Shown in pieces: positions 17,928-27,129 of a DNA stretch of 64,000 nt. Below the pieces are notes generated by a model. It was not told the origin of the DNA. It worked only from the letters and a program-made list of their open reading frames with translations, and did no database searches. Numbering within the stretch: position 1 is the stretch's first letter; each line of letters begins with the position of its first letter. Location of the stretch: assembly GCA_964613815.1 (NCBI GenBank), contig CAZTKG010000003.1, forward strand, positions 54,903-118,902, in the 5' to 3' direction. The translations under genes and the position numbers were made by a program. The DNA comes from an uncultured Gammaproteobacteria bacterium. GTDB taxonomy: Bacteria; Patescibacteriota; Patescibacteriia; UBA9934.

Positions 17928-18872
17928 ATGAAACAAAAGAATAGTCATGTTGGCATTCTGGGCGATTTCTTTAATAGCCCCTTTATCACTCGAATAGGAC
18001 TCTGCCTTACTTCGAGGGAAGCTGGTCTTTGGTCGCAGATCTTGAGCTTGGAAGACGACCAAGACTTTCAGACGAACTCAGTGCGGCTCCGTGCATTCAT
18101 TGGCCGACTTGTTGATGCTCGCGTTGTTCAGATGATCGAGGAGGGTCGATATCGAATTACCGTGCCACTTGATCGGATCGTTTGCGTGGAGATTTATCGG
18201 CGCGCGAGAGTTAAGGTGCTTCCTGCCGAAGTTGAGACGATCACCTCTTTGCAGCGAACTGTCGTGAACATCCTTACGCTTCATGGGCGTACGTCTGTCA
18301 ATTCTGTACAGATGATGGCTGGGTCAAGGTGTCCGATTGAACGACTCGGAATCCTGATTGATGGACCCGATTCAGAGCCACTGCTTTGCCCGATTGGCTT
18401 TGCCATGGCCGAGCTTGTGCCTATGTCGGCGAGCGCCCTTGGCGATAAGCAGCGTAAGCTCCCGTTTCCACTTCCAGACTTCTACCTCGCAGATCCTGGC
18501 CCGAATATTCCGCGGAAATGGATGGTTGGAAGCGCTCTGATGGCACCACTTGCGGAGACGTGGGAAGTGCTCATCGCGATTGTTCGCGGCGTGGTTTCGC
18601 CGATGAGTAATCGACTGCTCGCGAAGCGGAAGAGACGACCTCTAGCACCCCCCTCGCCTGCTCCGCCAGCTGTCATCGCCCCTCCGGAGCCAACTCCCGT
18701 AGCACCGATACCGACACCCCCTCCGGATCCTGATCCTCTTCCGGCACTTCCTCTAGGGCTCTTGCCTGCCCTTTCTGCGCTTCTGTCTCGCGCTCATCCA
18801 ACCTCCGCGCGGAATATTCTGCGGCAACTCGGCGAGCTCAGCGGATCCGGAGATACATCGCCTCCACCTTAG
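17928..18872 (+). CDS. hypothetical protein with a Pro-rich C-terminal tail (higher-GC island)
   Basis: 314 aa. The N-terminal region may be winged-helix-like. The C-terminus is PPSPAPPAVIAPPEPTPVAPIPTPPPDPDP. No motif recognised. Confidence 0.45.
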   Translation: MKQKNSHVGILGDFFNSPFITRIGLCLTSREAGLWSQILSLEDDQDFQTNSVRLRAFIGRLVDARVVQMIEEGRYRITVPLDRIVCVEIYRRARVKVLPAEVETITSLQRTVVNILTLHGRTSVNSVQMMAGSRCPIERLGILIDGPDSEPLLCPIGFAMAELVPMSASALGDKQRKLPFPLPDFYLADPGPNIPRKWMVGSALMAPLAETWEVLIAIVRGVVSPMSNRLLAKRKRRPLAPPSPAPPAVIAPPEPTPVAPIPTPPPDPDPLPALPLGLLPALSALLSRAHPTSARNILRQLGELSGSGDTSPPP

Positions 18873-18916
18873 CGTCTTGCGCTGAGGTTTTTTTCATCTG
18901 TGAATAACCTTTACGC

Positions 18917-18940
18917 TCCCATCTCGACCCTGTGGAGATA
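18917..18940. repeat. half copy of the 27-bp-arm palindromic element
   Basis: tcccatctcgaccctgtggagata matches the left arm of the elements at 23722 and 24786 with 2 mismatches. No right arm. Confidence 0.5.
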
Positions 18941-18956
18941 GGAAGGGACTGAAGAA

Positions 18957-18991
18957 CTTTTTCATAAAAATCACACCCGTTTGCGGGTGTG
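18957..18991 (-). terminator. rho-independent terminator of 18992..20056
   Basis: On the minus strand, directly after the TAG stop: CACACCCG-caaa-CGGGTGTG followed by ATTTTTAT. Confidence 0.6.
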
Positions 18992-20056
18992 CTATGACGA
19001 TGTCAGCTTGCCTAACTCGCTCATGACGCGAGCCTGCATGGCCCTTGGAAGACTTTCGAGATGCGCCTTGTGGATGAGCATAGCCACGATCATGTCGACG
19101 CCGGTGAGGCGTTCGTCGACGCGAGCCATGACGCGCTGCTCTAGAGCGTCCATGCCGGTGAACTCGTCGATCGATGCGAGGACCGTGGCTTGGATGCGGG
19201 CTTCGGCGCCGTCGAACTCCTCCAGCCGTGCGCGTACCTCGTCGAGGCCACTCAGACGCTCTTCGATGAGAGCAACGAGTCGGTCCTCGATACCTTCGAT
19301 ACCAGCAAGCCCTGCAGTGATTTTTCGCGTGGACTCTCTTCGGAGGGATAGCCGAATTCGCTCCTCTGCACCAGCGAGCTGCGCAGCTCGCTGTTCGAGC
19401 GCCTGCTCCAGCTCTTCGATGCGCCGGATTCGATCGTCCATCTCGGTCATGACCGCGTGTTCGACGGCGCGTGCGATCTGACTCTGAGATTCGTCGACTT
19501 GCGTGAGCGCGCTGTCAAGCCTTTCTATGACGCGTGCCTCGACCACTCGAGCAATATGTACCTCGAATGCAGTCATCGGCGACTCGGGTACGGCTTTGCG
19601 TCCTGACTCAGCAGCGTCCACCTGAGGCGACTGAGGATCTCCGCCTCCACCGCCTTCGCTGCCCTCTCCTTGATGATCATCGGCCTCGGGAGCGCTCCTC
19701 CTCGCCCCCTCGAGCGCCTCCTGCCAGGGCAGAATGTCTACAACGACGTCGGTCCACTCGTAGAACTTTGGCCTCTTGCCAGCCCCTTCAGGCATGACAA
19801 CACCATCCGGCCTCGGGACCTCCCTGACCACGCCGTGTGTCACCGCTGTTCGCAATGCGCTCCCGGCGCTTGCGCGACTCTTGTATACCCCCTCGAAGTC
19901 CTCTTCGAGCATCAGCCAGACGCCCTGACCTTGAGTCCTCCAGAAGATGCGCCAGAATACTCCGTTGAACATTGTTCGCCGCATTGCAGGGACTGGACTT
20001 CTTGCAAGGACCACATCTGGACGAGTTCCGATGCCTTGTCTCTGACCTTCTGTCAT
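18992..20056 (-). CDS. hypothetical protein with C-terminal coiled-coil repeats (higher-GC island)
   Basis: 354 aa. A Gly/Glu-rich linker is followed by repeated R(I/V)xxLExRLxxxD heptad-like units. Confidence 0.45.
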   Translation of the reverse strand: MTEGQRQGIGTRPDVVLARSPVPAMRRTMFNGVFWRIFWRTQGQGVWLMLEEDFEGVYKSRASAGSALRTAVTHGVVREVPRPDGVVMPEGAGKRPKFYEWTDVVVDILPWQEALEGARRSAPEADDHQGEGSEGGGGGDPQSPQVDAAESGRKAVPESPMTAFEVHIARVVEARVIERLDSALTQVDESQSQIARAVEHAVMTEMDDRIRRIEELEQALEQRAAQLAGAEERIRLSLRRESTRKITAGLAGIEGIEDRLVALIEERLSGLDEVRARLEEFDGAEARIQATVLASIDEFTGMDALEQRVMARVDERLTGVDMIVAMLIHKAHLESLPRAMQARVMSELGKLTSS

Positions 20057-20168
20057 GATTTCTCCTTTTGATTATTGTTCTGTCCGATTTACCGGACAAG
20101 AGGAGAACTTTTTCATTTTTTGGCTCATTTGTCAAGCATTTTGGGTGCTCATGCTATGATCTAGCGGT

Positions 20169-21373
20169 ATGCAAAAAGCTCTTGAATCGAATATTTGGAA
20201 GTACGCGGTTTATCTTGTGACGAATAAGAAGGTGTATGTCGCCATCTTGAGTGCGTATTATTTGACGATTCCGAATGTGACGGCGCAGAGCATTGGGCTG
20301 ATTACGCTTGTTTCGATGCTTGGTGGGTTCTTTTTTGAGATTCCTAGTGGGTATGTTTCGGATAAGATTGGGCATAAGCAGGCGCTTATTTTGGCAAAGG
20401 TGCTTGGACTGATCTCTACTGTTCTCTATCTTTTTGCGGATAATCTTCTTCTTTTGATCTTTGGCGCTGTCATGCTCAGTATTGGCGTCGCGTTTCATAG
20501 CGGGACCGGGAGTGCGTTTTTGCATGAGACGCTTTCTGGACTGAAGCGGGCGAAAGATTATGCGCGGGTTTCTGGGAAGCTTAGTTCGATTGGGTTCGCG
20601 GTGCCGATTGTGCTTTCTACGACGATTCCGTTTTTGGTGAGTATTGATTATAGTTTGCCGTTTTTGATTGCGCTTGTGCTGGATACTGCAGGTGTGATTG
20701 TAGCGATGTCGCTCGTCACCCCGAAAGCAAGCCAGCATGAGATTGAGGAGATTCGGAAGACGAACTTTTGGCAGGTGATGAAGTCTGGTCGGGAGATGAA
20801 GGTGTTTAGCTTCTTGATATTCTCTGGAGTTTTGGCGGCATTCTTGATGTCTGCTGGACGCTTTCGGGCGCCTTACCAGGTATTTTTGGAAGTTCCGGTG
20901 ATTTGGTATGGGGTCTTTCATGGGACTGGGCGGATTTTGCGTCTATTTTGCTCGCGTATACTGGGAAGATTCGAGAGCGGATTTCGCTTTTTGGGCTTTA
21001 TCGGTTTCAGTTATTGATCTTTGGCTTGTTTTTAATTGCACTTGGGGTTTCGACGTCGGCGCCGGTAATTGTAGGGTCCCTGCTTTTGATGAATGGATTC
21101 CAGTGGGGGCTGAGTAAGGTTGATCAGAGTTTTATGATGGACCTGCTTGGGCAGAGTAAGTTTAAGGCGACGCTTCTTTCTGTTCGGGGGCAGATTTGGC
21201 TGGTGACCGGGGCGACTCTTGGGTTTTTGCTTGGGACGGTGATTGATTGGGTTGGGTATCGGGAAGGGTTTTTGTGGTATGCGGTGGCGTTTTTGATTCT
21301 TCTTGTGCCGATGTATGTATATATTCATGTTCGGCATCGGGATGTGAATGAGAAGCTTTTGTCTGTGAAATAA
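20169..21373 (+). pseudogene. MFS transporter, frameshifted (two ORFs 20169..21017 and 20903..21373 in different frames)
   Basis: Both pieces are polytopic and MFS-like. The frame switches near 20890-20950. This could be a pseudogene or a sequencing error. Confidence 0.55.
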
Positions 21374-21405
21374 AACTCCCGCCACGTGTGTGACGGGTTT
21401 CCCCT

Positions 21406-22868
21406 TCAGTGCGCTTTGGCGCCTGATTTGGGGAAGGCGTTGTAGATCCTGATGGACAGGACGGCGCCGAGGATGACGAATGGGAGGATGACGAGGGGCC
21501 AGGCCATCCAGGTGCTGGGGTCTTTGGCTGCGTCTCCGGTCGTCAGGAAGTAGCCCATGGTGATGGAGTGCAGGCCGGTGCCGATGTAGACGCATCCGTC
21601 GACGATGCCGACGGCCTTTCCGGTGTTCTTGACGCCAGAGAAGTCGGCTGCTGCGGTGCCAGAGAGGATGCCGTGCACGCCGAGGACGCAGGCTGCGACC
21701 ACGAGGACTCCTGCGCCGGTGATCCAGGAACCCATGCCAGGGCCGTTCGCTGTGAGCGACGCGACGATGGCGACGATGGCGACGGTCATGGCTCCGTAGG
21801 AGATCATGACCATCGGGCCGCGCTTGGAGCCGAAGAACTTGTCGGAGATCCAGCCAGTCATGAAGCCGCCGGTGACGCCACAGATGAGGAGACAGAAGCC
21901 CCAGTTGCTTGTGACGTGGAAGTCCTTGTAGAAGCCGACCGAGTGGGCGAACTGCGGGTAGTATTGGAAGACGCCGTTTCGGATGATGCCGGAGCAGAAT
22001 TCGATGGCGCAGATGATCAGGAGGACGCGATGCTTCTTGCCGGTCGCGATGGTCTTGATCATCTCCCAAAGGCCGAGCGTTCGGTCTGCGACCTGTTGGT
22101 CACCGGTCTCGAAGTCCTCGAACTTACCCGTGTCGCTTGGCTTGTTGCGGAGGAAGATCAGCATGGCCAGGAACCATGGGATCGCGAAGAGTGCCGGGAA
22201 GAGGAACATCCACCAGTTCTGGTCTACGCCGGTGTTTGCGGCGCCGAGCAGGTTGTAGAAGATGGACTCGGTGACATTGAGGTCCGCGAGCACCACGTCC
22301 GCCTTGCGCGTGACTGTGCGGATGGCGTATCCCCAGTCGAAGGCGAAGTAGATGCCGGTGCTGATCATGATGCCGAAGATGGTACCGAACGTGCCGCGTT
22401 CGCGGACGTGGAACCAGGGCATCTTGGTGGTGACGATCGACATGGCTCCCAGGCTCTGGAAGAACATGTTGACTGCGTAGAGCACGGTGAGCGCATGGGT
22501 GAGCTGGATGTCCCAGCCCTTCATCATGACGCCGTAGATGACGGCAGCCATGGCGAGATTGGCTGTTACAGCCCCAGCGACGCCGACGAGCATGCCGCGA
22601 CGGCCGCCGTAGCGATCGACGAGCGGACCCCGTTCACCATGAAGCCGATGAAGTAGAAGATCGCGCCAATGCCGAAGATGAAGCCGAACTCGTTGATGTC
22701 CATGAGCTCGTCGCCGAGGGCGCTTTTTGCCGGGTTGAGGCAGTAGCGCATGAACATCAGGCTGGCGTAGCCGAAGCCGAGCGGGAACCAGTTGAGAAAG
22801 CGTCGGAAACGGTATTCCGGCGGGTGGATTGGGACGTTGTTTTTGTCGAATTTGAGTGTACGTGCCAT
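21406..22868 (-). pseudogene. GlpT/UhpT-family organophosphate:phosphate antiporter (MFS), frameshifted
   Basis: The N-terminal piece (22566..22868) aligns by eye to the E. coli GlpT N-terminus (YRRLR.. vs YRFRRF..; GYAAYY vs GYASLMF). The 395-aa piece continues in another frame. The frameshift is near 22590-22610. About 62% GC. GGAGG sits 6 nt upstream of the ATG. Confidence 0.55.
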
Positions 22869-22945
22869 CGATTACCTCCGTCGAAGACGGGGGTAGTTAA
22901 CCTTTTATTGAGGTTATTGTCAATGAATTTATGCCAGTATTTACC

Positions 22946-22974
22946 TTGACAAATTGAGAATTATTGGCTAAATT
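22946..22974 (+). promoter_or_regulatory. candidate sigma70-type promoter for 23018..23668
   Basis: TTGACA (22946-22951), a 17-nt spacer, then TAAATT (22969-22974), in an AT-rich intergenic stretch. Confidence 0.35.
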
Positions 22975-23017
22975 TTTGAGTCTTCGCTATGGTTAGGTAG
23001 TGAGACAGGGAGAGAAT

Positions 23018-23668
23018 ATGCACCTTTTTTGGCTGATTTTTGTCGCGATCGCCTCGGCGGGGACCGAGTGGGCGGAGCGTTTGGATAAGGTCCAAGGCGA
23101 CTGTCGATCTGACCAACTGGTCTCGTGGGCGTCTGCGTACCACTCTGACTGTGATGCTGCGGTGGCCGTCGATGGCGTGCCGGGCATCATGTTCGATGTG
23201 GTGAGTGCGTACTGGGGCGATGGCCAGTTGAATCTCAGTGTCGTGGATGACAAGGTTGTCTACTTCGGCCTGATCGGCGAGGAGAAGGCGGCGGCGTACG
23301 GGATCGATCAGGGCGTGTACGTCGTGTGGGGCGATCGGATGACGCGGACGCCGAACGGCGTTGCCTCGCATCCGCATGTGCTTCTGAAAGCCGACGGGAC
23401 CGAGAAGCGTTTGAACTTTGCTTTTTTCGCCGACATCGACGGGCAACTTGCCTTTGAGGCGTATGGCGAAGAGGGTCAGGGTCGGACGCTCGTGATCGGG
23501 GAACGTACGGCGAACAACACGCGGAAGGTTCGGCATCTGAAGATGGTAAGTCTGTGCAAGGACGATGACATCATGACGCGCGAATGCAAGCGTAAGTCCG
23601 TGCATGTGAGCACGGTCTTCGATGATGAGTGGACTGAGACCGCGTGGGTCAGCGCCAAGGCTCGGTGA
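23018..23668 (+). CDS. hypothetical secreted protein
   Basis: I chose the start at MHLFWLIFVAIASAGTEWA, which is signal-peptide-like with GGGAGAGAA upstream. No recognised domain. Confidence 0.45.
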   Translation: MHLFWLIFVAIASAGTEWAERLDKVQGDCRSDQLVSWASAYHSDCDAAVAVDGVPGIMFDVVSAYWGDGQLNLSVVDDKVVYFGLIGEEKAAAYGIDQGVYVVWGDRMTRTPNGVASHPHVLLKADGTEKRLNFAFFADIDGQLAFEAYGEEGQGRTLVIGERTANNTRKVRHLKMVSLCKDDDIMTRECKRKSVHVSTVFDDEWTETAWVSAKAR

Positions 23669-23721
23669 GTCTCGTAGCACCTGAATGGGTGCTCTTTTTG
23701 TTTTTTCGCCTTTCCGATGTC

Positions 23722-23795
23722 TCCCATCTCGACCTTGCGGAGAGATCTCTTCGAACACATTAGCGGCAAGATCTCTCCGCAAGGTCGAGATGGGA
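23722..23795. repeat. palindromic intergenic element (27-bp perfect inverted arms, 20-nt spacer)
   Basis: tcccatctcgaccttgcggagagatct (23722-23748) and its exact reverse complement (23769-23795). Confidence 0.7.
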
Positions 23796-23857
23796 AATAA
23801 TGATTATGATCCATGAAAAAAATCCCTCCACTTAGGGACGGATGCGGTACTGGGTGC

Positions 23858-24697
23858 TCAGACGAGCTTGAACCAGCGTTTGGAGACGAGTTCGTAGTTG
23901 GCGACGCCGAGGAGGGCTCCGATGGTGGCGGAGGCGATGAAGACGGCGAAGACTTCGGGGCGGGTCATGGTGGGGTCGTAGAGGACGAGGTAGCCGAAGA
24001 CGGTGGCGAGGCCGGTGTCGAAGGCGCAGATGAGGCGTTCGTGGCAGTGGATTTTGCGGAAGAACTTTCCGATGCCGATGATGATGAGTGCCAGGATTGC
24101 GCAGACGATGGCTACAGGGAATATGCATCCTGTTACTGCCCAGATTATTGCGTTCTCGTAATCGAGATCTGCATACTCGTACTCATGCTTTTCCCGATAG
24201 TCTGACGACCTCCAAGATCTCTTTAAGATGAACTCTGCTCCGAATTCGGTGAGCAGCTTGAATACTGCTGTAGCCAGAGTTGAGATGAGAAGGATCAGCA
24301 CTGGAATAGCAATGTTTCCCATCAGAATACTTCCCGACCCACCAATGATCGCTTCGAATGCGATCTCTTCGAAGGTCATCCCGGTCTCAGCGTGCCGGAA
24401 CAGGATCCAGGCAAGCGGACTGAGTGCGATTGCCGTGAAGAAGAAGAGATGGAATGGGCGCGGCTGCTCTGCCCACTTGGCAACACCTCTTCTGATTTCG
24501 ATCAGGCCCTGACAGCTCTGCTGTGCCACTTCCACTGCAGCCTTGTGGGTCTCCCTGAAGCGATATGACAGGAAAGCGGTGCCCATGCCGACGATGAGGC
24601 CGAGCCACCAGATGCTCGCTGGGAGGGTGATCGCTGTGCCGATACCGGTGGTGACACCGAGGATGATCGCGAGGGCGATTTCGTGTCTGGTTTTCAT
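23858..24697 (-). CDS. hypothetical polytopic membrane protein
   Basis: 279 aa with about 7 predicted TMs. It is flanked on both sides by the palindromic elements. Confidence 0.5.
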   Translation of the reverse strand: MKTRHEIALAIILGVTTGIGTAITLPASIWWLGLIVGMGTAFLSYRFRETHKAAVEVAQQSCQGLIEIRRGVAKWAEQPRPFHLFFFTAIALSPLAWILFRHAETGMTFEEIAFEAIIGGSGSILMGNIAIPVLILLISTLATAVFKLLTEFGAEFILKRSWRSSDYREKHEYEYADLDYENAIIWAVTGCIFPVAIVCAILALIIIGIGKFFRKIHCHERLICAFDTGLATVFGYLVLYDPTMTRPEVFAVFIASATIGALLGVANYELVSKRWFKLV

Positions 24698-24785
24698 GAA
24701 AAGAGCTCCTGTGCGGACGGGATGTCCGGTGAAATTACCGTAACTTAGCTTTTTATTGGCGTCAATGACCGGATCATTCTCTTTT

Positions 24786-24860
24786 TCCCATCTCGACCTT
24801 GTGGAGAGATCTTGCAGCTATTCGCGCTCGAAAGGATCTCTCCGCAAGGTCGAGATGGGA
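24786..24860. repeat. palindromic intergenic element (second full copy)
   Basis: tcccatctcgaccttgtggagagatct (24786-24812) and gatctctccgcaaggtcgagatggga (24835-24860), with a 22-nt spacer and one arm mismatch. Confidence 0.7.
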
Positions 24861-24914
24861 AACGAAGGAGAGGTAGGTTGATGATATCGAGCGATGAAAA
24901 AAGACCCGGATGGG

Positions 24915-26033
24915 TCATTTTTTCTTTTCGGCTTTTTCTCCTTGGACGATTTTGATGAACTCCCCTGCCCCGTCTGTTTTGAGGGCTAGGTTTATTTTTA
25001 CTGCTAGCTCACCTCGTTTTGACGCGCTTCTTGCTAGCTTTGTGATGGCCTGTTTGATGATTTGCGGATTTGTTTTGTAGAGGACCAGGGCGCCGCCTTT
25101 CTTTTCGATGATTTTGGCGTTTGCGACTTGGTGGGAGTTTGGGATTGGGATGAGGATGGTTGGTTTTGCGAGGGCGGCCATTTCCATGATGGTGCCCATT
25201 CCTGCTCTGCCGACGACGATGTCAGCGTCTCTTAGGGCGACGCCCATTTGTTCGATGAGGGTTTCGTGGACGCGGTAGGTGTCGCCGATTTTCTTTAGGG
25301 ATGGGATCATCTTACCTTTGCCGGTGATGTGCGTGATATGCACCTCCTTGGCAAGATCTGGGCCGATGATTTCCATGGTTTTGTTGATGGATGCCGCACC
25401 GGTGCCGCCGCCGAAGATCAATACTTTTGGTGGACCTTCTGGTCTTTTGATCGGCTTAGGGACATCTAATAGCGAAGGACGAACGATGCCTCCGATTTGT
25501 GTTGTTTTTTTCTTTGGGAAGTGCTTTTTTGATGTTTTCCAGGTCGTGGTGATTTGCCTTGCGAATGGGGCCATGAGCTTATTTGCGAGACCTGGGATGA
25601 CATCTAGTTGGTGGATGAAGACGGGGATTCTGAGGATCCAGGCCATCCAGGCGATTGGGACGGAGACGTAGGCACCTACGGAGAGGACGGCTCTTGGGCG
25701 CTCTTTTAATAGAATTGATAGGGATTGGGCGCAGCTGATCATCAAAAGCGGACCTATGAAGAGCCAGCCGAGTTTTTTTCCTCGTGAGAGTTTTGGGGCG
25801 ATGATGGTCTGGAATGGAATTCCGGCTTTTTTGACGAAGGGTTTTTCTGGGCCTTTTTGGGTGCCGATCCAGGTGAATTTGATGTCTGGGTCTTGCGCGC
25901 GCCATTCTTCTGCCACGGCTAAGAGTGGCGTGACTGGGCCTAGGGTGCCACCTCCGGTAAGCATGACTGGGCCGGTTTTGATATCTTCCTCCTCTTCTCG
26001 GGAGATAATGTCGCTAATTTTTTTGTGCTGCAT
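24915..26033 (-). CDS. murG: undecaprenyldiphospho-muramoylpentapeptide beta-N-acetylglucosaminyltransferase MurG
   Basis: N-terminal GGGTLGPVTP glycine loop and C-terminal GRAGMGTIMEMAALAKPTILIP. GT28 architecture. Confidence 0.85.
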   Translation of the reverse strand: MQHKKISDIISREEEEDIKTGPVMLTGGGTLGPVTPLLAVAEEWRAQDPDIKFTWIGTQKGPEKPFVKKAGIPFQTIIAPKLSRGKKLGWLFIGPLLMISCAQSLSILLKERPRAVLSVGAYVSVPIAWMAWILRIPVFIHQLDVIPGLANKLMAPFARQITTTWKTSKKHFPKKKTTQIGGIVRPSLLDVPKPIKRPEGPPKVLIFGGGTGAASINKTMEIIGPDLAKEVHITHITGKGKMIPSLKKIGDTYRVHETLIEQMGVALRDADIVVGRAGMGTIMEMAALAKPTILIPIPNSHQVANAKIIEKKGGALVLYKTNPQIIKQAITKLARSASKRGELAVKINLALKTDGAGEFIKIVQGEKAEKKK

Positions 26034-27126
26034 AGCGGGAAACGTTTAGGACTAGGCCCATTGCTGCTAATGATATCGCATATGATGTTCCTCCGTAACT
26101 CAGGAATGGGAGCGGGACCCCGGTGATGGGCATAATACCGATCATGGATCCGATGTTGACGAAGGCTTGGACGCCGAACCAGGCCATGATACCGACGACG
26201 AGGTATTTTCCGAAATCGTCCTTGGCGCCCTCGGCGATGGAGAGGCCTCGGAGGATGAAGATGAGGAGGGCTGCGAGGAATAATGAGGTGAAGAGGAACC
26301 CCAGCTCCTCTCCGATGACGGCAAATATGGAATCTCCTACGACCTCTGGGAGGTATTGGAACTTTTGGAGAGAGTGGCCGTAGCCTCGGCCGAAGAAGCC
26401 TCCGGATCCTATGGCGAGTAGTGATTGGTTGATTTGGTAACCGATTCCTTGAGGGTCGAGTTCTGGCTGGAGAAAGGTCATGAAACGGGCGGCGCGGTAG
26501 GGGGAGGATTTGATGGCGAGCATGAGCGCGCCTGCTCCGACGCCGGCGAGGCCGAGGAGGTAGACCATTGGGCCTCCAGCGATGAAGTAGAGGATGAAGG
26601 CCATGGCGGTGATGATGGAAAGAGTTCCGAGGTCTGGCTGGAGGATCATGAGGAGCGAGATGACGCCGAGGATGAGGACGAATGGGACGAGGCCGCTCTT
26701 GAGGTCTTTGAGGTCGTCACGCCTAGTTGCTAGCCATGCCGCGAGGTACATGAGGAACGTGAGTTTTACGACCTCGGATGGCTGGAATGATATTGGGCCC
26801 AGTATGACCCAACTATTTGCGAATGTGCCGAAGTCCGTTCCAAGACCTGGGATGAAGACGAGGATGAGAAGGATGATGGAGAGGATCATGGCCGGGAATG
26901 CGAACTTTTTCCACTTTGTGTATGGGACGGTGAAGGTGATGAAGAATGCGGCGAGACCTGGAAGGAGACCGGCTAAAACCTGATGTTTGAGAAAGTAGTA
27001 ACTGTCGCCGAAGCGTTCGTAGGCGACTGGGCCGGAAGCGGAGGCGAGGACGATGAGCCCAAACAAAACAATTCCTGCAAGGAGGAAGAGGAATGTTTTG
27101 TCGATTTTTCCCCCGTCTTTTCCCAT
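26014..27126 (-). CDS. ftsW: SEDS-family peptidoglycan glycosyltransferase FtsW/RodA
   Basis: 370 aa with 10 TMs and the GSGGFFGRGYGHS... motif region. It lies between mraY and murG. Confidence 0.85.
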   Translation of the reverse strand: MGKDGGKIDKTFLFLLAGIVLFGLIVLASASGPVAYERFGDSYYFLKHQVLAGLLPGLAAFFITFTVPYTKWKKFAFPAMILSIILLILVFIPGLGTDFGTFANSWVILGPISFQPSEVVKLTFLMYLAAWLATRRDDLKDLKSGLVPFVLILGVISLLMILQPDLGTLSIITAMAFILYFIAGGPMVYLLGLAGVGAGALMLAIKSSPYRAARFMTFLQPELDPQGIGYQINQSLLAIGSGGFFGRGYGHSLQKFQYLPEVVGDSIFAVIGEELGFLFTSLFLAALLIFILRGLSIAEGAKDDFGKYLVVGIMAWFGVQAFVNIGSMIGIMPITGVPLPFLSYGGTSYAISLAAMGLVLNVSRYAAQKN

Positions 27127-27129
27127 AGA

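Noticed and set aside
21032-22656. Long ORFs 21032..22069 (-, 345 aa) and 21568..22656 (+, 362 aa) overlapping the GlpT-like gene.
   Set aside because: Their translations are Arg/Pro/His or Asp/Gly/Ala low-complexity strings typical of out-of-frame reading of high-GC DNA. The in-frame GlpT-like reading has proper TM periodicity and recognisable similarity.
23722-24860. Palindromic elements as integron attC sites flanking a gene cassette.
   Set aside because: - They have no GTTRRRY core or RYYYAAC inverse core.
- The arms are perfectly complementary and do not show attC-style imperfect pairing with extrahelical bases.
- No intI is nearby.
15640-24900. Classifying the island as an integrative element, prophage or ICE.
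   Set aside because: - No integrase, recombinase, relaxase, capsid or terminase genes are present.
- No att direct repeat of the tRNA-Lys 3' end was found by eye.
- I describe it only as a compositionally foreign, decaying accessory segment.
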